Shown: positions 40,105 through 48,962 of the stretch, piece by piece
How positions within the stretch are numbered: the stretch's first letter is position 1
Layout: the number at the start of each line of letters is the position of its first letter
NCBI RefSeq assembly: GCF_003053845.1
Contig: NZ_QAYG01000001.1
Location: 252,078-316,077, forward strand
Source of the DNA: Breoghania corrubedonensis
GTDB lineage: Bacteria > Pseudomonadota > Alphaproteobacteria > Rhizobiales > Stappiaceae
DNA: 64,000 nt
Direction of reading: 5' to 3'
Translations under genes and position numbers: made by a program
Notes under the pieces: model-generated
Database searches by the model: none
What the model was told of the DNA's origin: nothing
The model's input: the letters and a program-made list of their open reading frames with translations, nothing else

Positions 40105-40206
40105 AGGCGCCTCCAGATGCCGCAGACGTTACGCCGGCGCATGTCGCGACCGCCCTTATCGGAGCATCGGTCTTGTCACGCGCCGCCGTACCGGAGCACT
40201 GCAAAA

Positions 40207-40229
40207 ACCCGCGCCCCTAACGGGCGCGG
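40207..40229 (-). terminator. Intra-operon hairpin (attenuator or terminator) between atpE and atpF'
   Basis: CCGCGCCC-ctaac-GGGCGCGG stem followed on the minus strand by a TTTTTG run. Confidence 0.4.
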
Positions 40230-40274
40230 ATGCCGTCTTTACCGGCGAATGGCCGCCGGCGAACCGGTCTTAAC

Positions 40275-40502
40275 TCAGACCGCGTAGAGCAGCAGAAGAG
40301 CGACCAGCAGCGAGAAGATGCCAAGAGCTTCCGTCACGGCGAAGCCGAAGATCAGGCGGCCGAACTGGCCGTCCGCTGCCGACGGATTGCGCAGCGCACC
40401 GGCGAGGTAGCTGCCGAAGATGTTACCAAGGCCAATGCCTGCGCCGCCCATGCCCAGGCAGGCGATACCGGCACCGATGTACTTTGCTGCTTCAGCTTCC
40501 AT
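40275..40502 (-). CDS. atpE: F0F1 ATP synthase subunit c
   Basis: 75 aa proteolipid with two transmembrane helices. Confidence 0.9.
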   Translation of the reverse strand: MEAEAAKYIGAGIACLGMGGAGIGLGNIFGSYLAGALRNPSAADGQFGRLIFGFAVTEALGIFSLLVALLLLYAV

Positions 40503-40578
40503 GATTGTGCTCCTTGAGTGGAAATTCGCGATCAGCAGGATCTGTTGATGGTCGAAAGGTCGTGCCTTCCATCCGGTC

Positions 40579-41328
40579 CTAGTGGCCAGGATGGATGGCG
40601 TCGTTCAGGTACATGCAGGTCAGCACCGCGAACACATAGGCCTGCAGGAAGGCGACGAGGAACTCGAGCGCCGTGAGGCCCACCGTCATTGCCAGAGGAA
40701 GGACGGCGCCGGCGACGCCGAGGGCGCCCAGGCTGCCGAGGCTGGCGACGAAGCCGGCGAAGACTTTCAAGGTGATGTGGCCTGCCAGCATATTGGCGAA
40801 GAGACGAACCGAGAGGCTGACCGGGCGCGACAGGAACGAGATGATCTCAATCAGCACGACCAGCGGCAGCAGGATCGCGGGGATCCCGGCCGGCACGAAA
40901 AGGTTGAGGAAGTGAAATCCGTGACGCATCACGCCGTAGACCACCACCGTCAGGATCACGAGCATCGCAAGCGCGAACGTGACGATGATGTGGCTGGTGA
41001 TGGTGAAGAAGTAGGGGAACATCCCGAACAGATTGCCGACCAGCACGAACATGAAGATCGAGAAGACGAACGGGAAAAACCGCATTCCGTCCGTTCCGGC
41101 CGAACTTCGCAGCATGTTGGCCACGAATTCGTAGGACATCTCCGCCACCGACTGCCAACGGCTCGGCACCAGGCCGCGACCGCCCGTCGCCATCATCAGG
41201 AACACTGTCGTCACCGCGACGGTCGCCACCATGAACAGCGACGAATTGGTGAAGGAGAAATCGACACCGCCGATTTCAACCGGGAACAGATTGACGATGT
41301 GAAACTGGTGGATCGGATCGTTCGACAC
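40579..41328 (-). CDS. atpB: F0F1 ATP synthase subunit a
   Basis: Polytopic subunit a with conserved Arg in the penultimate helix ([13 protein letters not shown]). Confidence 0.9.
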   Translation of the reverse strand: MSNDPIHQFHIVNLFPVEIGGVDFSFTNSSLFMVATVAVTTVFLMMATGGRGLVPSRWQSVAEMSYEFVANMLRSSAGTDGMRFFPFVFSIFMFVLVGNLFGMFPYFFTITSHIIVTFALAMLVILTVVVYGVMRHGFHFLNLFVPAGIPAILLPLVVLIEIISFLSRPVSLSVRLFANMLAGHITLKVFAGFVASLGSLGALGVAGAVLPLAMTVGLTALEFLVAFLQAYVFAVLTCMYLNDAIHPGH

Positions 41329-41517
41329 CGGGTCGGCCCCTCAAATCTGTTCTTCATGCCGCATCGCGGCGATTTACGTCTCTCGGACCGCCATACGGCG
41401 GTTTCTGCATCCGTTGCCCGTTCTCCTGAACGCACGGGACGCATCAGTCAAGAGTTAAGGCCGCGACAGGCTCGCGCCCGGTCCGGCCTTTCGTCCCTTC
41501 AGCGACGCCACGACCCC

Positions 41518-41916
41518 TCAGCGATCGTCACGCCCCTGCTTCTCGGCCGGATCCGCGACAACGCCAGCGGACCGCAGCACATTCAGTACACCGGCCACGA
41601 ACCCCAGCAGCAGGAAAACGATCAGCCCCCAAGGCTTCGTTCCCAGCCACTGGTCGAACACCCAGCCGATTACCGCCCCCACAGCGACACCCGCGATAAA
41701 CTCGCTCGACAGCTTGACCGCCTGGGCATAGCCAGCGGCATTGCCGGTGCGCGAGGCGCGCTTCTTTTCCGCCTCATCGCGATCGCTGCGCTCGCTCAGC
41801 GAGCGGTTCAACCGGTCCAGACGCTCGGTCAGGCCGTTATCGTCTTCGGGAAGAATGGCCTTGTCACCACCCTCATCCGGTTGCGCTCCATTCGCGGGCC
41901 TCTTGTCGTCGGCCAT
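41518..41916 (-). CDS. atpI: ATP synthase protein I-like (AtpI/AtpZ)
   Basis: Small protein with two C-terminal transmembrane helices at the head of the F0 operon. Confidence 0.6.
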   Translation of the reverse strand: MADDKRPANGAQPDEGGDKAILPEDDNGLTERLDRLNRSLSERSDRDEAEKKRASRTGNAAGYAQAVKLSSEFIAGVAVGAVIGWVFDQWLGTKPWGLIVFLLLGFVAGVLNVLRSAGVVADPAEKQGRDDR

Positions 41917-42134
41917 CTGACGTCGCACCTCCGGACATGGGGCATTCAGGCAGTTTCGCCCCCCGAAAAGTCGCGCGCACCATAGTCGGCACCCCCAAAC
42001 CTGTCAAGAAGCCTTACGGATAGGTTAAGTACTTGTTTCGTAAGAAATTTAGTGCACCTGAAGAAGGCACTCGTCCCGCCATCAGACTTTCGTATGTGTC
42101 AGCGCGATCGGCCCCCGGCATCGCCGCAGAGCGC

Positions 42135-45100
42135 TCAGACCGCCTCCAGGAAGCGTTCCGCCATCTCCAGATCGACAGAGACGAGCTGGGAAACGCCGCG
42201 CTCCGCCATGGTGACGCCGAACAGCCGGTTCATCCGCGACATGGTGATCGGATTGTGGGTGATGACGACGAAACGGGTTTGTGTCAGGCGGGCCATTTCC
42301 TCCAGAAGGTCGCAGTAACGCTCGACATTCGCATCATCGAGCGGCGCGTCGACCTCGTCCAGCACGCAGATCGGCGCAGGGTTCGTCAGGAACACGGCAA
42401 AGATCAGCGCCATGGCGGTGAGCGCCTGCTCGCCACCGGAAAGCAGTGTCATCGTCTGCGGTTTCTTGCCGGGCGGACGGGCGACGATCTCCAGTCCGGC
42501 TTCCAGCGGATCGTCCGATTCGATGAGCTGAAGCTCCGCCGTGCCTCCGCCAAAAAGATGTGTGAAAAGTCGCTGGAAATGGTCGTTGACCACCTCGAAG
42601 GAGGTCAACAGCCGCTCGCGCGCCTCGCGGTTGAGATTGGAGATTCCCGTTCGAAGGCGCCTGATCGCCTCGATGAGGTCATCCCGATCCGACACCAGCG
42701 AATCGCGCTGGGTGGAGATCTCCTCCACCTCCTCTTCGGCGCGCAGGTTGACCCCGCCAAGCCGTTCGCGCTCCGCCTTCAGCCGTTCCAGACGGGATTC
42801 GGTCGCACGCACATCGGGGAGCGGCGCGCCATCGCGCAGTTCGGCCACGGCCGGAACCTCTTGCGGCGTCACCTCCAGCGCATCGGCGATGCGCTCGGCC
42901 ACGTCGGCGGCACGGCCCCGGGCCGATTCGACCCGCTCCTCGGCGCGCACCTTCCCCTCCCGTGCACTTGCAAGAGCCTCAAGGGCCTCGCGCGCCGTGC
43001 GGTCGGCATCGCCCAGTGTGCGCTCGGCCCGCAACAACGCATCATCGGTCTGGCTGCGCGCTTCCTCCGCCTTTGCGACTTCGGAAATCAGCGCTCGACG
43101 CTGCTCCTCGATCTCGGCCGGCCGCTCGGTCAACTCCGTGATTTCGGCGACGGCTTCTTCCTGGCGTTCGCGCAAGATGGTGAGCTGGCGCTCGGCATTG
43201 GCGGCGCGCTCCTGCCAGGAACGGCGCTCGCGGGCGATGCCATCAAGCCGGCGGCGGCGCATGTCGTTCTCACGCTCCAGACCACTCGCAGCCGCCCGCG
43301 CTTCCGCGAGAATCGCACGATCGCTCGCGACCTCTTCACGCAGCCGGGCGATCTCGGCTTCCAGCGCCGAAGTGTCGGACAGTTCGGCCGAGATTTCTTC
43401 CGCTTCCGCCAGCTCGGTCTGGGCATCTTCCATCTGCCCCGCAAGGCGCGCCTCGGCTTCCTCCAGCGAAGCTCGGCGGACGGACAGGGCAGACAGCGCC
43501 CGCTCGGCTTCTGAAAGCGCGACGCGCGTCTGATCGACCCGGCGTTGTCCTTCGCGCGCGGCGTTGCGGGCCGCCTGTTCGGCCTCCACCGCGACAGCCA
43601 CGGCCGTCTTGTGCCGCTCCAGATCCCATCTGCGGGCCTCGACCTCGCCGGCCAGTTCCTCGATGCGGGCTTCCAGCTCGGCCAGCCGATTGCGCTGGGC
43701 GAGCCGCTGGGCGGCGGCGGTCGGCGCTTCGGCGGTGGCGATGTAGCCATCCCAGCGCCAGAGATCCCCCTCACGAGAGACAAGCCTCTGGCCCGGCTTC
43801 AGCTGCGGCAGGAGACGCACGGCATCCGCGCGATCGACCAGGCCGATCTGCGCGAGCCGGCGAGACAGCACGGCGGGCGCGCGGACCTGAGCGGCAAGAG
43901 CTTCCACACCGTCAGGCAAGGCGGGGTCGTCCGCAACCGTCTGCGATTCGCTCCAGCGCACGGGGGCGGCGGGATCCGCGGGCGCATCGAGATCATCGCC
44001 GAAAGCGGCGCCAAGGGCCGCCTCATAACCGGGAGAAACCTCCACGGCGTCGATGAGCGGCACCCAATCCCCCTCGGCGGCGGAGGCAAGCAGGCTGGCA
44101 AGCGCACGGGCCTCCGCCTCGTCCGCACCAAGACGGCGTTCGGCATCGGCAAGCGGTTCGCGGGCCGCGGCCTCCGCCGAGCGCGCCTCGCTCGTGGCGA
44201 TTTCCGTGACCTCGGCGCGCATACCGGCTTCTTCCAGCGCGGCTTCCGCCTGTTCCAGAGCAGCACGATGATCCGCGACGTCGGTCCGGGAGGCGATTTC
44301 CTCACGCAGGGCGGAAAGATCGCGCGCGACCTCCCCCGCCTGGACCTTGAAGCGATCAAGACGCTGGCGGGCATCGCTCAATGTCCGCTCCGCCTGCGCG
44401 CGACGGGCCATGAACTGGGCGTTTTCCTCTGTCTTTCGCGACAGGACACCTTCGCTCGCCTGAAGTTTTTCCTCCGCCTTCGCAACGCGATCGGCCACCT
44501 CTTGCGCGCGCTCGGCGACCATTTCGTTTTCGCTGTTGAGCGCGCGCTCCTCCTCATCGAGGGCAGCCAGAAGCTCCGCGTTCTCCGAGCCCATGCGCTG
44601 CTCGCGATCGAGATCCTGAGCAAGCTGCTGGCGGCGCTGATCGAGATCGCGCAACCGCTCGCGAATACGGCGGTCTTCCGCATCAAGTTCGTTACGCGCG
44701 ATCACCAGCCGTTGCAGCGCGGCGCCCGCACGCGCGGCCGCATCGCGCAGGTCCGGAACCTGGTGGGCCGCGATCGCCTGTTCGCGCGCGCTCGCCGCTT
44801 GTGCCGTGGCCGCCTCGTTGACGCTCGCCATGACCGTGGCGAGCTCCGCCTCCGCCGCCTTCAGCGCCTCCCCCGCCTCAAGCCAGCGCAGATAGAGAAT
44901 CGCCGCTTCAGCCTTTCGGATCTCGCCGGAAAGGTTGCGGTAGCGCGAGGCCTGGCGCGCCTGCCGCTTCAGGCCCTCAAGCTGACCGTCGATCTGGACC
45001 AGCACGTCTTCCAGCCGTTCCAGGTTCTGCTCGGCCGCGCGCAGGCGCAGCTCGGCCTCGTGGCGGCGCGAATGCAGGCCGGAAATGCCGGCCGCTTCTT

Positions 45101-45593
45101 CGAGGATCTTGCGGCGGGAGGTGGGCTTGGCGGCGATCAGCTCGCCAATACGGCCCTGGCCGACGAGCGCGTTGGAGCGGGCACCGGTGGAAGCGTCGGC
45201 GAACAGAAGCTGCACATCGCGGGCACGCACATCCTTGGCGTTGATGCGATAGAGCGACCCCGCTTCGCGTTCGATGCGCCGGCTGATCTCCAGCATGTCC
45301 GCATCGTTGAAGCCTTGCGGGGCCGTGCGGTCGGAATTGTCGAGAAAGAGGGTGACTTCGGCGGTATTGCGCGCCGGGCGGTTGAGGCTTCCGGAGAAGA
45401 TCACGTCGTCCATGCCGGACGCGCGCATGTTCTTGTAGGAATTCTCGCCCATCACCCAGCGCATGGCTTCGACGAGATTCGACTTGCCGCAGCCGTTCGG
45501 ACCGACGACGCCAGTGAGGCCGTCCTCGATCACGAACTCCATGGGCTCCACGAAGGACTTGAAGCCGAGCAGCCGCAGTTTCGTGAATTTCAT
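42135..45593 (-). CDS. smc: Chromosome segregation protein SMC
   Basis: 1152 aa. Walker A (GPNGCGKSN) at the N-terminus, long coiled coils, hinge, and C-terminal signature plus Walker B (LSGGE...LDEVDAPLD). Confidence 0.9.
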   Translation of the reverse strand: MKFTKLRLLGFKSFVEPMEFVIEDGLTGVVGPNGCGKSNLVEAMRWVMGENSYKNMRASGMDDVIFSGSLNRPARNTAEVTLFLDNSDRTAPQGFNDADMLEISRRIEREAGSLYRINAKDVRARDVQLLFADASTGARSNALVGQGRIGELIAAKPTSRRKILEEAAGISGLHSRRHEAELRLRAAEQNLERLEDVLVQIDGQLEGLKRQARQASRYRNLSGEIRKAEAAILYLRWLEAGEALKAAEAELATVMASVNEAATAQAASAREQAIAAHQVPDLRDAAARAGAALQRLVIARNELDAEDRRIRERLRDLDQRRQQLAQDLDREQRMGSENAELLAALDEEERALNSENEMVAERAQEVADRVAKAEEKLQASEGVLSRKTEENAQFMARRAQAERTLSDARQRLDRFKVQAGEVARDLSALREEIASRTDVADHRAALEQAEAALEEAGMRAEVTEIATSEARSAEAAAREPLADAERRLGADEAEARALASLLASAAEGDWVPLIDAVEVSPGYEAALGAAFGDDLDAPADPAAPVRWSESQTVADDPALPDGVEALAAQVRAPAVLSRRLAQIGLVDRADAVRLLPQLKPGQRLVSREGDLWRWDGYIATAEAPTAAAQRLAQRNRLAELEARIEELAGEVEARRWDLERHKTAVAVAVEAEQAARNAAREGQRRVDQTRVALSEAERALSALSVRRASLEEAEARLAGQMEDAQTELAEAEEISAELSDTSALEAEIARLREEVASDRAILAEARAAASGLERENDMRRRRLDGIARERRSWQERAANAERQLTILRERQEEAVAEITELTERPAEIEEQRRALISEVAKAEEARSQTDDALLRAERTLGDADRTAREALEALASAREGKVRAEERVESARGRAADVAERIADALEVTPQEVPAVAELRDGAPLPDVRATESRLERLKAERERLGGVNLRAEEEVEEISTQRDSLVSDRDDLIEAIRRLRTGISNLNREARERLLTSFEVVNDHFQRLFTHLFGGGTAELQLIESDDPLEAGLEIVARPPGKKPQTMTLLSGGEQALTAMALIFAVFLTNPAPICVLDEVDAPLDDANVERYCDLLEEMARLTQTRFVVITHNPITMSRMNRLFGVTMAERGVSQLVSVDLEMAERFLEAV

Positions 45594-45650
45594 GGCCGCC
45601 CCCCGCGCGCGCAGGTCCGCGCAGTACGCGCGGGGCGGTCCGCAAAAGCG

Positions 45651-46301
45651 TCAGAGCAGCGGTTTGATGATCTCGTCGAGCTGTTCAACCGTCAGCGCCC
45701 CAGGGTGCTTTTCGCCGTTGATGAAAAAGGTGGGCGTCGAATTCACCCCGAATTCCTTGTTCGCCCGCTCCCTTGAGGCACTCACACCATCAAGGATTTC
45801 CTGATTCGACAAGCATTCTTCGAAGGTCTTGTCGTTGAAGCCGATCTGCTTCGCCATCGTCTTCAGGTTGCCGAGCGGGTCCTGCGTGAAGGCCCATTGG
45901 TGCTGCGTCTCGAAGAAAAGTTTTGTGACATCGTAATACTTGTCTTCAGGAGAACAGCGGGTAAGCATAGATGCTGCAAAGGCAAGATTGTCAAGCGGAA
46001 ATTCACGCATTATGTAATACACCTTACCCGTATCGATGTATTCCTTTTTCAGATACGGGAGGCTTTCGGTTTCGAAATGCGCGCAATGACTGCAGGTCAG
46101 CGAAGCATATTCGATCACCGTGACGGGAGCCTTGGGATCTCCAAGAGAGATATCCTTGAGAGATCCCGGCTTCAACAGCTCCATCGGCGAGTAGGTCTCG
46201 GCAAGAGCCGACATCGGAAACGCCGATGCGAGCATTGCGGCCGCACCAAGGGCGGCGGCACCTTCAAGAAACTGTCTACGGGTCACTGTCACGGGCTTCA
46301 T
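45651..46301 (-). CDS. DsbA-family thiol:disulfide oxidoreductase with Tat signal
   Basis: Tat motif TRRQFLEGAA and thioredoxin-fold CxxC (CSHCAHF). Start chosen at MKPVTVTRRQ. Confidence 0.75.
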   Translation of the reverse strand: MKPVTVTRRQFLEGAAALGAAAMLASAFPMSALAETYSPMELLKPGSLKDISLGDPKAPVTVIEYASLTCSHCAHFETESLPYLKKEYIDTGKVYYIMREFPLDNLAFAASMLTRCSPEDKYYDVTKLFFETQHQWAFTQDPLGNLKTMAKQIGFNDKTFEECLSNQEILDGVSASRERANKEFGVNSTPTFFINGEKHPGALTVEQLDEIIKPLL

Positions 46302-46434
46302 CCTCAACTCGTCGTGTCTGTCTGTATCGTGCGGAGGATATCGAGACGATATCCCTGCTGCGGTCGTTCTTTCTTCACTCGGCAACAAACTGCCGGGGCA
46401 AACTTGAATCGGCGATGAACGTCAAAAACGCGGC

Positions 46435-46962
46435 TCATTTGCGGCGCCTGGCGATGATCGCCCGCCCGAGCCTGTCGAGAGCGGCCCGCAAGGGGGCTTC
46501 ATCCACAGCATCGAGCCTGCCTTTCAATTCCGCTTCCTCCGCCTCGTCCAGCGCCCGCAGGGTCGGCGTCGCGCGTTGCGGCAGATGCTTCAGCGGCTTC
46601 TGGACAATCTTGATCCGGCCAACCGCGGCCCAGCCGAAAAATGTGTTGATGCGCTGCATCACCTGCGGCAGCTCGTGCTGCAAGAAAAGAGCGCTCGGCC
46701 CGTCGCAGCGCACGACCAGCGTGGCGGGTTCGGGAATGCCGCTCCCGCCATCCTGCCGGCGCGGCCAGTGGAGCGCTTCGGGCTGGGTGGTCTCGCCGTA
46801 GCGCTCCCCAACGATATCCGGCCACTGGGCAAGAAGGTCGGCGGTGGCAAAACCCCGCTTGCGGCAGGCAGGCGCCATCACCCCGCCGATCAGATCGGCG
46901 AGCGGTTTGGCGCCGCGTCTGCGCGCGAAAGACGATTGGGATCCCTGCGACTTCTCGCTCAT
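46435..46962 (-). CDS. DUF721/DciA-family protein
   Basis: DUF721 pattern. Conserved neighbourhood with mutY, a dsbA-like gene and smc. Family call from memory. Confidence 0.6.
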   Translation of the reverse strand: MSEKSQGSQSSFARRRGAKPLADLIGGVMAPACRKRGFATADLLAQWPDIVGERYGETTQPEALHWPRRQDGGSGIPEPATLVVRCDGPSALFLQHELPQVMQRINTFFGWAAVGRIKIVQKPLKHLPQRATPTLRALDEAEEAELKGRLDAVDEAPLRAALDRLGRAIIARRRK

Positions 46963-47180
46963 GCTCTCTCATCACCGGGCATCACGCCCGTTTCCTTCAT
47001 CCCTCAGACGCCTCGTCCGGCTTCGTCGGGCTTTCTATCGGCGCACCTTATCCTCCGGGCGCCTGTTTGTCCGCCCCATGACGATATGCTTTCCCCGCGA
47101 ACCACCGTTCCCCCGACCGCCACAGCGAAGCGGTAACCGCTTGGGGCTTGTGTTTGGCCCGGGGCTGCGTTCCTGTTCCG

Positions 47181-48254
47181 CACATGGATCAACGATTCCC
47201 CGCGCCCGAAGCGCAAACCCTGCTCGACTGGTACGACCGGCACGCCCGCGCCCTGCCCTGGCGTGTGCCGCCCGAGGCTCGACAGCGCGGCGTGGTACCC
47301 GATCCCTACCGGGTCTGGCTTTCCGAAATCATGCTCCAGCAGACGACGGTCGCCGCCGTCAAGGCATACTTCGAGGCGTTCACGCAAAAGTGGCCGGATG
47401 TCAACGCTCTGGCGGCGGCCGACGAGGCCGACGTGATGAAGGCCTGGGCGGGCCTTGGCTACTATTCCCGCGCCCGCAACCTCAAGGCCTGCGCCGATAC
47501 CGTGGCCCGCGACCACGCGGGCAAATTCCCCGATACGGAAGAGGGCCTGGTGGCGCTTCCCGGCATCGGACCCTACACGGCCGCCGCGATCGCGGCGATC
47601 GCCTTCGACAGGCCGGCGACCGTGGTCGATGGAAATGTCGAACGCGTCATCAGCCGGATCCACGCGCTCGAAACGCCCCTTCCGCAGGCAAAACCCGATA
47701 TCCGCGCGCTGACCGCCGCCATCACGCCAGAAACGCGGCCGGGAGACTTCGCGCAGGCGATGATGGACCTGGGCGCCACGCTGTGTTCGCCGAAACGGCC
47801 CGCCTGTTCGCTGTGTCCCTGGCAGGCGCCATGCAGGGCACAGGCGGCGGGAACGTCGGAGACCTTTCCGCGCAAGGCGCCGAAAGCCGCCAAGCCCACC
47901 CGGCGTGGCATGGCCTTCGTGGCGGTGCGCAGTGACGGCGCGGTGCTGTTGCGCCGGCGCCCGCCCAAGGGCCTTCTGGGTGGCATGAGCGAGCCGCCCA
48001 CGAGTACCTGGGCCCCGGATGCGGCGATCGACGACACGAAGGAGGCCCCACTCGATCTCGACTGGAAACGCTGTCAGACGCCCGTGCGGCACACGTTCAC
48101 GCATTTCCATCTGGAAATGACCGTCTGGCACGCCCATGCGCCATCGACGATGCTGGCGCCCGAGGGGCACTGGTGGTCGCCACGACACGAGCTTGGCGGT
48201 GAGGCCCTTCCCACCGTAATGAAAAAGGCTGTCGCGGCGGGGCTGGGCAGTTAG
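47181..48254 (+). CDS. mutY: A/G-specific adenine DNA glycosylase
   Basis: HhH-GPD domain, the [4Fe-4S] Cys cluster (CSPKRPACSLCPWQAPC) and a C-terminal NUDIX-like domain. Confidence 0.85.
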   Translation, partial: HMDQRFPAPEAQTLLDWYDRHARALPWRVPPEARQRGVVPDPYRVWLSEIMLQQTTVAAVKAYFEAFTQKWPDVNALAAADEADVMKAWAGLGYYSRARNLKACADTVARDHAGKFPDTEEGLVALPGIGPYTAAAIAAIAFDRPATVVDGNVERVISRIHALETPLPQAKPDIRALTAAITPETRPGDFAQAMMDLGATLCSPKRPACSLCPWQAPCRAQAAGTSETFPRKAPKAAKPTRRGMAFVAVRSDGAVLLRRRPPKGLLGGMSEPPTSTWAPDAAIDDTKEAPLDLDWKRCQTPVRHTFTHFHLEMTVWHAHAPSTMLAPEGHWWSPRHELGGEALPTVMKKAVAAGLGS

Positions 48255-48376
48255 CCGGCGTCAACCGACCGCCCGGAAAACCGCGCATCCGCGAGACGTT
48301 TCGACCGAATCCTGTTGCTTTTTGCACGGTAATGAACGACACGCGTGCACCTTCAGCCGTTGCGGAGACTTCGGCC

Positions 48377-48925
48377 ATGTTCACGCATTCGATTTCAGGG
48401 CTTTTTTCTTCCAGCGAAGCACAGGAAGTCATCCGGCTTTCCCAGCGCGCGCAGGCCGCCTCCGGCGGACTTGTCGGGGGACTTCATCACCACAACATCC
48501 GCCGCGCCACGATAGCCTGGCTTGATGACGGCGCGGATGCCGCCTGGGTCATGACGCGGATCGTCGAGGGGGTCGCACGGGCTAACCGCGACTGCTTCGG
48601 TTTCGATATCGCCGAGTTCAAGGAAAGATTGCAGGTCGCAACCTACGACGAGAGCGATACCGGCCACTACGACTGGCATTCGGATATCGGCGAGGGCCCC
48701 CTCGCCCGCCACCGCAAGCTCACCATCGTTGTGCAACTGAGCGAGGGCGAAGGCTACGAGGGTGGCGCGTTGGAAATCAATCTGGGCGGGACCATGCTGA
48801 GCGCGGCACGCGAAGCGGGCGAAGCGATGCTATTTGCATCTTTCATGCTGCACCGGGTCACTCCGGTCACAAGGGGACGCCGCTATTCGCTGACCTGCTG
48901 GAGCCACGGACCACAATTCCGCTAA
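48377..48925 (+). CDS. Fe(II)/2-oxoglutarate-dependent oxygenase (PKHD-type hydroxylase-like)
   Basis: HxD...H triad context (HYDWHSD ... H) and a C-terminal RxS motif. GGAGA Shine-Dalgarno before the ATG at 48377. Confidence 0.65.
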   Translation: MFTHSISGLFSSSEAQEVIRLSQRAQAASGGLVGGLHHHNIRRATIAWLDDGADAAWVMTRIVEGVARANRDCFGFDIAEFKERLQVATYDESDTGHYDWHSDIGEGPLARHRKLTIVVQLSEGEGYEGGALEINLGGTMLSAAREAGEAMLFASFMLHRVTPVTRGRRYSLTCWSHGPQFR

Positions 48926-48962
48926 GGACACGCCTGCGGCGACCCGAGACAGATGCCCGATA

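Noticed and set aside
42033-45776. 493 aa and 743 aa plus-strand ORFs antisense to smc
   Set aside because: SMC is unambiguous on the minus strand. Antisense ORFs are expected in a long GC-rich gene with biased third positions.
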